A stretch of 64,000 bases of DNA. It comes from Candidatus Eremiobacteria bacterium (GTDB lineage: Bacteria > Vulcanimicrobiota > Vulcanimicrobiia > Vulcanimicrobiales > Vulcanimicrobiaceae). Shown in pieces: positions 9,729-19,310 of this stretch (its first letter is position 1; each line of letters begins with the position of its first letter). Where the stretch lies: assembly GCA_963758295.1 (NCBI GenBank), contig CAVWUU010000004.1, positions 1,120,001 to 1,184,000 of the forward strand, given 5' to 3'. The translations under genes were made by a program, and so were the position numbers. The notes under the pieces are model-generated. The model ran no database searches. It had not been told where the DNA came from and was given only the letters and a program-made list of their open reading frames with translations.

Positions 9729-11107
9729 AACGGCCGCATTTTGTTCGCCTGGCAGCCGCGGCAGCAGCCGTTCCATTTTTAGGCGCGAGCGGACCGGCGG
9801 ACCCCAAGACTGTTGCGAAAGCCGTTCGCGAAGAGTTCTTCCACGCGTGGACCGGCTACAAGCGCTTCGCGTGGGGACTCGATGAAGTCCATCCGATCGC
9901 CGGTACCGGTTCCAACTTCTTCATTTCTACGCACCCCTTCGGACTCTCGATGATCGAAGCGCTCGATACGCTTTACGTAATGGAGTTCGACGACGAAGTG
10001 GACGCCTGCGTGAAGTGGTTGAAGTCGCATCTCGACTTCAACGTTGACGGCAACGTGCAAATGTTCGAAGCCGTAATTCGCATGGTGGGCGGTTTACTCG
10101 CCGGGTACTATGCGACCAACGACCGCTTCTTCTTGGACGGCGCCAAGGATTTGGCGGACCGGCTGCTGCCGTGCTTCACAAAATCTCCAAGCGGCGCACC
10201 ATACCGGTATGCCAACTTACGCACGGGCGCCGTCAGCGATCCCAAAACGAACCTCGCGGAAATCGGCACGAACGTGCTCGAGTTCGGCGATTTGTCTCGC
10301 TTGACCGGCGATCAAAAATACCTCCGCGCTTCGATGCGAGCGTTCGAAACCGTCATCGCCAAGCGTTCGCCGCTAGGTCTGCTCGGCACGTACTTCGATG
10401 TCGAAAAAGGCGATTTCTTTGACACCGACGACACGGGGCCCGATGAGCCGTCGGATTCGTTCTACGAATACTTGTGGGGCGGTTGGCAGATGCTGCACCT
10501 CGAGCAATGCCGCGAGTGGTATGAACTCGTAACTCCGCCGCTCCTGAAGTATTGCAGCGCGCATGCGAACGGCCATTTATGGTTTCAAACCGTCAACTAT
10601 AAGACCGGTGCGCCGGCGGGCGACGGTACTCTCAGCGAACTTTCGTCCTTTTATGCTGAGCTTGTTTCGAAGAGCGGACACCGTGACGTTGGCGAGGCTT
10701 TCTATGACTCGTGGACGTCCGTGCTCGATCGTTACACACTTTTCCCGGAAACGATCGACTGGCGCACCGGGGCAATCGCCGACGCAGCATATGCGTTCCG
10801 TCCCGAATACGCGAACAGCGCCTTCGATCTCTGGTTCTTGACTCACGATGAAAAGTATCGTCGCACCGCTTCCCAATATTTCACGGCCGTCCGCGACAAT
10901 TGCCGCGTCGCCAACGGCTACACGTCGCTCAAGGATATCCGCACGCGCCCCATGACGCCGTCCGATCACTTCCCGGCGTACAGCTTCTCGGAAAACTTCA
11001 AGTATCTGTACTTGATGTTCGCCGATTCCCCACGCTTCGACGGCTCGAATTACTACCTCAACACCGAAGCCAAAATCCTCCGCGGCCTCCGCCCCCCGTC
11101 ATCCTGA
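9725..11107 (+). CDS. Glycoside hydrolase family 47 alpha-1,2-mannosidase, exported
   Basis: FFHAWTGYKRFAWGLDEVHP, FEAVIRMVGGLL, DSFYEYL, RPEYANS, SENFKYLYL, NTEAK motifs; N-terminal signal peptide. Confidence 0.9.
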   Translation: MKRPHFVRLAAAAAAVPFLGASGPADPKTVAKAVREEFFHAWTGYKRFAWGLDEVHPIAGTGSNFFISTHPFGLSMIEALDTLYVMEFDDEVDACVKWLKSHLDFNVDGNVQMFEAVIRMVGGLLAGYYATNDRFFLDGAKDLADRLLPCFTKSPSGAPYRYANLRTGAVSDPKTNLAEIGTNVLEFGDLSRLTGDQKYLRASMRAFETVIAKRSPLGLLGTYFDVEKGDFFDTDDTGPDEPSDSFYEYLWGGWQMLHLEQCREWYELVTPPLLKYCSAHANGHLWFQTVNYKTGAPAGDGTLSELSSFYAELVSKSGHRDVGEAFYDSWTSVLDRYTLFPETIDWRTGAIADAAYAFRPEYANSAFDLWFLTHDEKYRRTASQYFTAVRDNCRVANGYTSLKDIRTRPMTPSDHFPAYSFSENFKYLYLMFADSPRFDGSNYYLNTEAKILRGLRPPSS

Positions 11108-12556
11108 GCTTGTCGAAGGACGGGCGCATCAATCGTCCTGCCGCATTGACGACGCAAAGCTGGTGCTGATATGCGCCTGTCCTTCGACGAGCTCAGGATG
11201 ACGAGGTTTGCCGATAGCACGCGCTTCGGCGGCTCGCTATTTGAGCACCAACGTCCACCTCGGTCATCCTGAGCTTGTCGAAGGACGGGCGCATCAATCG
11301 TCCTGCCGCATTGACGACGCAAAGCTGGTGCTGATATGCGCCTGTCCTTCGACGGGCTCAGGATGACCGAGGTTTGCCGATAGCACGCGCTTCGACGGCT
11401 CGCTATTTGAGCACCAACGTCCACCTCGGTCATCCTGAGCTTGTCGAAGGACGGGCGCATCAATCGTCCTGCGCATTGACGACGCAAAGCTGGTGCTGAT
11501 ATGCGCCTGTCCTTCGACGGGCTCAGGATGACGAGGTTTGCCGATAGCACGCGCTTCGGCGGCTCGCTATTTGAGCACCAACGTCCACCTCGGTCATCCT
11601 GAGCTTGTCGAAGGACGGGCGCATCAATCGTCCTGCGCATTGACGACGCAAAGCTTGTGCTGATATGCGCCTGTCCTTCGACGAGCTCAGGATGACGGGG
11701 TTTGCCGATAGCACGCGCTTCGACGGCTCGCTATTTGAGCACCAACGTCCACCTCGGTCATCCTGAGCTTGTCGAAGGACGGGCGCATCAATCGTCCTGC
11801 GCATTGACGATGCAAAGCTCGTGCTGATATGCGCCTGTCCTTCGACGGGCTCAGGATGACGGGGTTTGCCGATAGCACGCGCTTCGATGGCTCGCTACTG
11901 AGCACCGACGTCCACCTCGGTCATCCTGAGCTTGTCGAAGGACAGGCGCATCAATCGTCCTGCGTGTTGACCATGCAAAGCTTGTGCTGATATACGCCTG
12001 TCCTTCGACGGGCTCAGGATGACGAGGTTTGCCGATAGCACGCGCTTCGAGGCTCGCTATTTGAGCAGCAACGTCCACCTCGGTCATCCTGAGCTTGTCG
12101 AAGGACGGGCGCATCAATCGTCCTGCGTGTTGACCATGCAAAGCTCGTGCTGATATACGCCTGTCCTTCGACGGGCTCAGGATGACCGGGGTTTGCCGAT
12201 AGCACGCGCTTCGGCGGCTCGCTATTTGAGCACCGAGTGCACCTCGGTCATCCTGAGCTTGTCGAAGGACGGGCGCATCAATCGTCCTGCGCATTGACGA
12301 CGCAAAGCTCGTGCTGACATGCGCCGGTCCTTCGACGAGCTCAGGATGACGAGGTTTGCTGATAGCACGCGCTTCGATGGCTCGCTCGTCCACCTCGTCA
12401 TGCCGACAGCACGCGCTTCGGCGGCTCGCTATTGAGCACCGAGTCCACCTCGGTCATCCTGAGCTTGTCGAAGGACGGGCGCATCAATCGTCCTGCGCGT
12501 GGACGCGGAAAAGCTTGTGCTGATATGCGCCTGTCCTTCGACGGGCTCAGGATGAC
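11098..12556. repeat. Tandem array of 9 REP doublets (REPIN/BIME-like), period ~164 bp
   Basis: GTCATCCTGAGCTTGTCGAAGGAC starts at 11098, 11263, 11429, 11593, 11757, 11920, 12083, 12247, 12453; each is followed by the inverted copy GTCCTTCGACG(A/G)GCTCAGGATGAC. Confidence 0.95.
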
Positions 12557-12572
12557 GAAGGGAGGCGCTACG

Positions 12573-13316
12573 TCAGGTGCGTTGCATGAAGTTCATGAGG
12601 GCGGAGCGGGCTTCGTCGGATTGGAGGGCGGCGGCGAAAGCGTGAGTTTCTTCACGCATGGCGCGGTCGACGAGGTCGGAGAAGCGGGCCTTCATCAAAC
12701 GTTTCGTTGTAGCGAGCGCATTTGGCGGAAGCTCGGCGAGCGCGCCGCACATCATGGCGACGCCGCCATCCACGTCGCAGTCTTCCATAACGCGCGTTGC
12801 GAGGCCCATATCGCAAGCTTCGTCGGCGCCGAACTGTTCGCCCGACAAGAGATACCAGCTTGCACGGTTGCGGCCGGCAATCAGCGGAAACAACACGCTT
12901 GATCCGGCTTCGGGAACGAGGCCCAACTTCACGAACGGCAGCATAAAACGAGCGCTTTTACCGCATGCCACTGCGTCGCAATGCATGAGCATGGTCGTGC
13001 CTATCCCTATTGCTACGCCTTTGACGCCGGCAAGTACGGGTTTGGGAAACTCACTCAGAGCGCGCAAGAACTGCAACACCGGCATATCTTCGCTAAAGCC
13101 GCCGGCCGCCACGAAGTCGGCAATGTCGTTGCCGGCGGTGAAGTCGTTTCCGCCGAAGATTCCAATCGCGCGAACGTGAGGATCTTGAGCCGCATCGCGC
13201 AATGCTTCTGCCATCGCGGAATACATCGCTACCGTGATTGCGTTCTTCTTCTGGGGGCGGTTCATGCGCAGCGACGCGATTGCGCCGTCTTTAGTGTAGA
13301 GAATTTCGTCGGACAT
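12573..13316 (-). CDS. Enoyl-CoA hydratase/isomerase family
   Basis: NRPQKKNAI, FTAGNDI, GVAIGIG, PFVKLGLVPEAGSS. Confidence 0.9.
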   Translation of the reverse strand: MSDEILYTKDGAIASLRMNRPQKKNAITVAMYSAMAEALRDAAQDPHVRAIGIFGGNDFTAGNDIADFVAAGGFSEDMPVLQFLRALSEFPKPVLAGVKGVAIGIGTTMLMHCDAVACGKSARFMLPFVKLGLVPEAGSSVLFPLIAGRNRASWYLLSGEQFGADEACDMGLATRVMEDCDVDGGVAMMCGALAELPPNALATTKRLMKARFSDLVDRAMREETHAFAAALQSDEARSALMNFMQRT

Positions 13317-13330
13317 CTAGCGGCTCGATT

Positions 13331-14200
13331 CTAGTACGGCATCTTGTGCAGCGGCGTCGTCGTTTTGGCGATCGCTTCATCGGGAACGAAGAAATCCGGC
13401 ATCAGCGGGGTGTCCGGGACGATGGCGTATTTCGAGAAATCGGTGACGCCGGCGCTTCGCAGAACCTCCTCGTCGATAAAGAAGTTCCCGGTGCACTCGG
13501 TGGACGGCCGTTTGAGAATTTCGACCGCGGCATCCGCGACGATCTGGGGCGTACGCGAGACCTTCGCCATTGCGTCGCCGCCCAACACGTTACGAACCGC
13601 CGCCGTATCGATGGTCGTGAGCGGCCACAAGGAGTTCACGGCGATGCGCTGCGCCTTAAGTTCTTCCGACATACCCAAAGTACACATCGACATTCCGAAT
13701 TTCGCCATCGTGTACGCAACGTGATTGGCGAACCACCGCGCGATCATATCCAGCGGGGGCGCGAGATTGAGAATGTGGGGGTTTTCCGCCTTGGCGAGAT
13801 ACGGAATCGTCGCCTTAGAGCAGACGAACGTTCCGCGCGCGTTTACCTGATTCATCAAGTCGTACCGCTTCATGTCCGTGTCGACGGTAGGCGTAAGAGA
13901 AATGGCGCTCGCATTATTGATGCATGCATCGATTCCGCCGAATCGCTCAACCGTTTGCCGCACCGCCCCTACGACTTGTTCTTCGAAACGAATGTCGCAC
14001 ACCACGGGCAACGCGCGGCCACCCGCCGCTTCTATTTCCTCGGCCGCGGAATAGATCGTTCCGGGCAACTTTGGGTGAGGCTCCGTCGTTTTTGCAACGA
14101 TCGCGACGTTAGCGCCTTCGCGCGCTGCGCGTAAAGCAATCGCCAAGCCGATCCCGCGGCTCGCGCCGCTGATGAAGAGCGTCTTACCTTGAAGCGACAT
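13331..14200 (-). CDS. Short-chain dehydrogenase (HSDL2-like)
   Basis: SGASRGIG, KTTEPHPKLPGTIYSAA, YTMAK. Confidence 0.9.
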   Translation of the reverse strand: MSLQGKTLFISGASRGIGLAIALRAAREGANVAIVAKTTEPHPKLPGTIYSAAEEIEAAGGRALPVVCDIRFEEQVVGAVRQTVERFGGIDACINNASAISLTPTVDTDMKRYDLMNQVNARGTFVCSKATIPYLAKAENPHILNLAPPLDMIARWFANHVAYTMAKFGMSMCTLGMSEELKAQRIAVNSLWPLTTIDTAAVRNVLGGDAMAKVSRTPQIVADAAVEILKRPSTECTGNFFIDEEVLRSAGVTDFSKYAIVPDTPLMPDFFVPDEAIAKTTTPLHKMPY

Positions 14201-14662
14201 CTACTCGGTTGCCTCCGGCGACGCAGAGCCTTCGCTGCTCGTTTCATGCATGATCACGATGTCGGTACGGCCCGGTTTGCCCGATATGGTCACCGTCGTT
14301 CTTTCTGTTGCTGAGACGTCGCCGAGTTCGAACGCGGCGACGGGTGCGGTTCCGGTCAAGACCTTCGCTGCTTGGGAACTGGCCGGCAGATGAGTTTTAT
14401 AGTATGCGTAGACCGCAGCGAAGGGATCGCTCGTCATGAAAGCCGCCATCGTCCCGTGCGGCGTCGTTGCGATGGACCCGTTAGCCTTTGCTGACGGATA
14501 GACGGGCGCACCGAGCGAGATTTCAGGCGTCTCGGGCGCAGCAAGGGTCGGCTGCGCGGCAACGCTCGTCGAAGCTGAACCGGACTCGGCGTTCTTGTGC
14601 GCGCCGCATGCGGCGGCTGACAGCGCGAGCGCCGTGAAAGCTGCGATCCGAAAGAAGTACAT
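14201..14662 (-). CDS. Hypothetical lipoprotein
   Basis: Lipobox-like SAAACG after a hydrophobic stretch. Confidence 0.7.
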   Translation of the reverse strand: MYFFRIAAFTALALSAAACGAHKNAESGSASTSVAAQPTLAAPETPEISLGAPVYPSAKANGSIATTPHGTMAAFMTSDPFAAVYAYYKTHLPASSQAAKVLTGTAPVAAFELGDVSATERTTVTISGKPGRTDIVIMHETSSEGSASPEATE

Positions 14663-14705
14663 CGCCGCCCTCCATCGTAGATTCGGAAGGGTTGCTTGCT
14701 ACTAT

Positions 14706-15176
14706 ATGAACGACGAGTCCTTTGCAGCAGCGACGCCGGTCGGCGCGCTCTGGATCACCGCAAACGGCGACGCCATCGTCGCTGCCGATTTTCGCCTCGC
14801 AGTGCGGCCGTCGACCAAGGCGCCGCACCACCCGGTGCTTCGCGAAGCGCACGAGCAACTGCGAGCATATGCGCGCAAGCGGCTGCGCCGATTTGACTTA
14901 CCGCTCGCTTTTGCCGGAACGCCGTTTCAAGTCGCAATTTGGCGCGCCGTCTCCGAACTTGAAATCGGCGAACTGGTTTCGTACGCGGACGTCGCACGTG
15001 CGGTCGGCGCTCCGCGCGCGCATCGCGGCGTCGCGATGGCCATGGGAAAAACGCCGATCGATCTTTTCGTTCCGGCGCACCGCGTCATCGGCGCCGATGG
15101 AAAAATCAAAGGCGCCGGCCCCAATTCTTTGCGACGGCGCCTATTGAGATTCGAAGGGATCGTTATCGGCGGATAA
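14706..15176 (+). CDS. Ogt/MGMT-fold protein with Ala in place of the catalytic Cys (alkyltransferase-like)
   Basis: GTPFQVAIWRAV, SYADVARAVG.P, active-site motif PAHRV instead of PCHRV. Confidence 0.85.
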   Translation: MNDESFAAATPVGALWITANGDAIVAADFRLAVRPSTKAPHHPVLREAHEQLRAYARKRLRRFDLPLAFAGTPFQVAIWRAVSELEIGELVSYADVARAVGAPRAHRGVAMAMGKTPIDLFVPAHRVIGADGKIKGAGPNSLRRRLLRFEGIVIGG

Positions 15177-15918
15177 GGTGCCGCCACTCGAGCATGAGCC
15201 CGACACCCACGTTACGATCGGCAGCGTCGCCCGCTTGAACGAACTTCGCACTGAAGTTTAGCGTTCGAAGGCCGACAAGCCATTCGCTGGCGTTGCGATC
15301 CCAGCCATAGGCAACCGACGCATCGATTTCCGACGCGCGCTCTTCCTTATTCACGGCCGGCGTTACGCCGTCGCTGTATTCATACCGGTCGGATCCGGTG
15401 AGTGAAGGCGCGACGCCCGCGAGTCCTTCGATGAAGCGTGAGGTGCCGAGCGGAGTGCGATATCGCACCGTATATCGCGCGCCGGCGAGTCGCGACGATA
15501 CTTGCTGGTCGAGATTGGGGAGCGGCGTTCGTTGATTGTAAATCGTCGTGCCCATACCGAGCCACAACCGCGCATCGGCCATCGGCGCAAACTCCACTTG
15601 CCCGTTGAAGATGCCGAGTTTCGGCGTTGCCTGCCCATAATGCGCCGACGGCCGCGTTGGAACGCTTACAACCGGAATGCCTTCGAGGTGCAGCGCGAAA
15701 CGCGGCGATCCGACGTGGATCTGCGCGAGCGGGCCGGCGCCGACGCCGTACTGGCTTCCGGCAATGTCGCGATGGACGCCGACGATCGACAATAGCTGCA
15801 CGCCCGCGTAGGAACGAGGCACGAGCGAAGCCGGGGCGGCTTCATCGGCGTGCGCAAAGATGGGGAATGCGGTCATCGCGAGTGCGACGAGCGCAATAAG
15901 GCTACTCTTTCGTTGCAT
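15163..15918 (-). CDS. Secreted protein, possibly an outer-membrane beta-barrel
   Basis: Signal peptide (…IFAHA|DE), alternating amphipathic strands, aromatic C-terminal strand. Confidence 0.55.
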   Translation of the reverse strand: MQRKSSLIALVALAMTAFPIFAHADEAAPASLVPRSYAGVQLLSIVGVHRDIAGSQYGVGAGPLAQIHVGSPRFALHLEGIPVVSVPTRPSAHYGQATPKLGIFNGQVEFAPMADARLWLGMGTTIYNQRTPLPNLDQQVSSRLAGARYTVRYRTPLGTSRFIEGLAGVAPSLTGSDRYEYSDGVTPAVNKEERASEIDASVAYGWDRNASEWLVGLRTLNFSAKFVQAGDAADRNVGVGLMLEWRHLIRR

Positions 15919-16588
15919 CAATGACGACGACGCCCCGGTCGCCGGACGAACGAAGTCCGTCAAGCGCGCCCAACGCGGCGCCGAGCGGGGTATCCTGACT
16001 TAGGGCTTCGCTTATCGAGAATCCCGTGCGTTCTTTGGCTTGCGCGTCGATCGGATCGCGCAGACTCTGAGGCAGCATTTGATATTTCGAAATGAAGCCT
16101 AGCATCGGTCCGGCCTTCTTCTGTAACAAATCCGGATCGATCGCGACGACGATAATGCCGTGACGTTTGCCGCCGACCGTTTTCTGGAATGCGTCGAAGT
16201 CCAGGCCCGCCGCCTGCGCGCGGTTACGCGCTTCTTGGACGCCGCTTCCCGTTGCCGCAGGTTGATAACCCGAAGGCGGCGTCTTCTCGAGTCCGTCCAG
16301 CCACTGGCGCAGGTCTTGCATGGAAGCGGTTGTGTGGGCAATCACTTCGTGGCCGGAATACGTCCCCGCGCCTTGACGGAAAACGCTTTTATCCGCCGAT
16401 GCCAGCGACGGACTAATGGCCTGTTTCCAATCGCGCGACGTAACGATGGAACTTCCGTTATAAAGCGGGAAATCCGTGGAGTTCGTCGCGACCGCGCCGG
16501 GCGATGCCGATGCCGACGAAGACGAACTGCCGCCGCTCGAGCACGCGGCCAGCAAGGCGACCGTGATGAGCGCTAAGCAACGTTTCAT
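15902..16588 (-). CDS. Hypothetical lipoprotein
   Basis: SD GGAGGA; MKRCLALITVALLAAC lipobox followed by a Ser-rich linker. Confidence 0.75.
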   Translation of the reverse strand: MKRCLALITVALLAACSSGGSSSSSASASPGAVATNSTDFPLYNGSSIVTSRDWKQAISPSLASADKSVFRQGAGTYSGHEVIAHTTASMQDLRQWLDGLEKTPPSGYQPAATGSGVQEARNRAQAAGLDFDAFQKTVGGKRHGIIVVAIDPDLLQKKAGPMLGFISKYQMLPQSLRDPIDAQAKERTGFSISEALSQDTPLGAALGALDGLRSSGDRGVVVIDATKE

Positions 16589-16660
16589 GTTCTTCCTCCG
16601 ATGAAAGCCAGAGCGCCGTTTCGAGGAGAAGCCCGCCAAGCCCCGTAAGGCATAACGGCC

Positions 16661-16981
16661 ATGAGCTTCGACGAATTCTGGCCGCGCTATCTGCGCGCCC
16701 ATAGCGATCCGCGGACGCGCGCCCTTCACGTCGGCGGGACGCTGGCAGCGACGGCCATCGTACTAGCCGGTCTTGCCATGCGTAAACCGTGGCTCGCGGC
16801 CGCCGGTCTCGCAGCCGGCTACGGACCCGCATGGTTTTCGCACGCTTTCATCGAGCACAATAAGCCCGAGACGTTCCGGGCGCCTTTGGCTTCTTTGCGT
16901 GGAGATTACCTGATGGCGTGGCACGTGTTGCGCGGCAGCATCAACGAAGAATATGAGAGAGTAGGAGGACCGGTCGCGTGA
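16661..16981 (+). CDS. DUF962 / Mpo1-like membrane protein
   Basis: FDEFWPRYLRAHS.P.TRALH, HAFIEHNKPETF. Confidence 0.85.
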   Translation: MSFDEFWPRYLRAHSDPRTRALHVGGTLAATAIVLAGLAMRKPWLAAAGLAAGYGPAWFSHAFIEHNKPETFRAPLASLRGDYLMAWHVLRGSINEEYERVGGPVA

Positions 16982-17376
16982 AGCATCCGTTCGTTTCGGC
17001 GATCGTTGCCTCGATCGTCATCGCGTGCGCATCCCCGCTCCTCGCCTTCACGCCGCACTCGCCGGTGTTCGTACAAGACGATGCGGCCCAAACGCAAACC
17101 GTAAAAGCCGACGAAGACTTCTTCATCGCCTTGCCGTCGAACCGGACTACCGGCTTTGCGTGGACGGCGAGTATTGCGGATTCGAAGCTCGTCGCGTACG
17201 AAGGCAACGTCTACCAGCGTCCATCGCACGGCATGCCCGGCGCCGGCGGCCAGCAGCTTTTCATCTTCCATGCGAATCGCAGCGGGTCTACAACGATCAT
17301 CTTCAGTTACGCGCGGCCCTTTGACACCAATGCTGCGCCGGCGCGCAGCCTTACTTTCAATCTAACGGTGGAGTAG
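16978..17376 (+). CDS. Chagasin-family (I42) cysteine protease inhibitor, secreted
   Basis: LPSNRTTGFAW, GAGG, YARPF loops. Confidence 0.85.
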   Translation: MKHPFVSAIVASIVIACASPLLAFTPHSPVFVQDDAAQTQTVKADEDFFIALPSNRTTGFAWTASIADSKLVAYEGNVYQRPSHGMPGAGGQQLFIFHANRSGSTTIIFSYARPFDTNAAPARSLTFNLTVE

Positions 17377-18153
17377 TGAGCGAACGTCTTTCTTACGGCA
17401 GCTATCTCAAAGTCGAGGAGTTGCTCAATCTGCAACGGCCTCTTTCGCGACCGGAGCACCACGATGAACTCCTGTTCATCATCATCCATCAAGTATACGA
17501 ACTGTGGTTCAAGCAGCTGCTGCACGAGTTGGAAGCCGTCATGGCGGCGCTTGACAACGACGACCTGCTGCGCGTTGCAAAATATTTCCGGCGTATCCAT
17601 ACGATTCAACGGCTGCTAGAGCAGCAAATCGACGTCTTGGAAACGATGACGCCGCAAGAGTTCAATCAGTTTCGCGATAACTTGAATCCCGCCAGCGGTT
17701 TTCAATCGATCCAATTCCGGGAGATCGAGTTTCTTTGCGGCGTGCGCCGGACGGAAACACTCCAGTACATCGAGATGAGCGACGCGCAACGCGGCCGGCT
17801 GGAACGCCGCCTTGGTGAGCCTTCCTTGTACGACGCCGTGAAAGGGCTGCTTGCACGCCGGGGCTTCAAGGTTGGAACCAACGACGAAGTGGTCGAATCG
17901 TTTCGCCAGATTTATACCGGCGAAGACGAATACTACGATCTCTACTTACTGCTGGAAGACCTCATCGAACTTGACGAACGGTTGTTACTGTGGCGCGGCC
18001 GTCACGTTCGTATGGTGGAACGCATGATCGGCAGTAAGAAAGGAACCGGCGGCAGTCTCGGCGCCGAATATCTTGGCGCGGACGTTGAGTTTCAAATTAT
18101 TCCCTGAGCTCTGGGAAGTCCGCACGCACTTGGGTGAGGGAAGCTACGCATGA
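17376..18153 (+). CDS. kynA: Tryptophan 2,3-dioxygenase (frameshift near 18075)
   Basis: HDELLFIIIHQVYELWFK, ASGFQS.QFR, GTGGS; the conserved FPELWEVRT tail is in another frame ending at an ATGA overlap with kynU. Confidence 0.9.
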
Positions 18154-19310
18154 ACGCGCCCGCGACAATAACGCAACCGCTGCACCGCGACCGCTTTCCG
18201 ATTCTGGAAAATTCGACGTATCTTGTCAGCCATTCGATGGGTGCGGCACCGGTTGGTGCGCGAGACGCGCTCCAGACGTATTGGAACGAGTGGGCGACCG
18301 AAGGCCCCGAGGCCTGGGAACACTGGCTTCCGCGCATCGGCGAAATTTCCGATGGCATCGGCAAAATCATCGGCGCTCCGGCCGGTACGGTCTTTCTCGG
18401 ACCGAACGTTTCCGTGCTGCAAGCCGCGGTTGCAACCTCGATCGAGTTCCGCGGCTCGCGCAACGAAGTCGTGTATGAAGCGCTCCAGTTTCCGTCGCTA
18501 ACGTACGTGTGGGCCGAATGGGAACGGTACGGTGCGAAAACCGTCGTGATTCCGTCTGCCGACGGCATGACGATCCCTACGGAACAAATCATCGCCTCGA
18601 TTTCCGAACATACGGCGATCGCCGTGCTCTCGCACGCCTATTACGTCTCAGGAGCCGTCGCGGACATTCGCGCCATTCAAAAGCATTGCCGCGAAGTCGG
18701 GGCGCTGCTTTGCGTCGACGCCTATCAAACGACCGGCGTGTATCCGTACGACGTCACCGAATGGGATATCGACATGGTGACGGGCGGATCGCACAAGTGG
18801 CTAATGGGTGGTCCCGGCTGCGGATGGATTTACGTGAAGCCGTCGCTGCTCGAGCGTTTCCGTCCAGCGGTTACCGGTTGGATGGCGCACGCGAAGCCGT
18901 TCGATTTTGAAGAAGCGCCGATTCGCTATGCGGCGTCAATGTACCGTTTGGGCACGGGAACGCCGACGATTCCGGGCTATCTAGTCGCGAGCCCGGGTCA
19001 CGAATTGATTCGCGCGGTGGGCGTAACGCGCATTCGCGAGCATAACGTCCGCCTAACAACGAAAATTGCGCAGGCCGCGCTCGATCGAAAATTGCGCGTG
19101 AACACGCCGCTGGACCCGCAGAAGCGAACCGGCTGGATCGGCATCGACTTCGATAATTCCGGTCGCGTGTGCAAACAACTTATCGAAAACCGGGTCTTCG
19201 TAGACTACCGGCCCGGATGCGGCATTCGCGTAAGCCCGCATTTCTATACGTCGGACGAAGAAATCGATCGCTTTTTCTCAACGTTGGATGGCTTGCGGAA
19301 GCAAACATGA
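18150..19310 (+). CDS. kynU: Kynureninase (PLP class V)
   Basis: YLVSHSMG, VDAYQ, GGSHKWLMGGPG, GWMAH; adjacent to kynA. Confidence 0.8.
   Translation: MNAPATITQPLHRDRFPILENSTYLVSHSMGAAPVGARDALQTYWNEWATEGPEAWEHWLPRIGEISDGIGKIIGAPAGTVFLGPNVSVLQAAVATSIEFRGSRNEVVYEALQFPSLTYVWAEWERYGAKTVVIPSADGMTIPTEQIIASISEHTAIAVLSHAYYVSGAVADIRAIQKHCREVGALLCVDAYQTTGVYPYDVTEWDIDMVTGGSHKWLMGGPGCGWIYVKPSLLERFRPAVTGWMAHAKPFDFEEAPIRYAASMYRLGTGTPTIPGYLVASPGHELIRAVGVTRIREHNVRLTTKIAQAALDRKLRVNTPLDPQKRTGWIGIDFDNSGRVCKQLIENRVFVDYRPGCGIRVSPHFYTSDEEIDRFFSTLDGLRKQT

Noticed and set aside
11210..11217. GCCGATAG in most array units as repeated sigma28 promoters
   Set aside because: No properly spaced TAAA-like -35 element.
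11053..12393. Repeat-protein ORFs over the array (PSFDKLRMT, VILSLSKD peptides)
   Set aside because: These are translations of the REP palindromes; the period varies from 163 to 166 bp and breaks the frame.
11098..12556. CRISPR array
   Set aside because: Repeats alternate in orientation, the spacers are near-identical copies rather than unique sequences, and there are no cas genes in the window.
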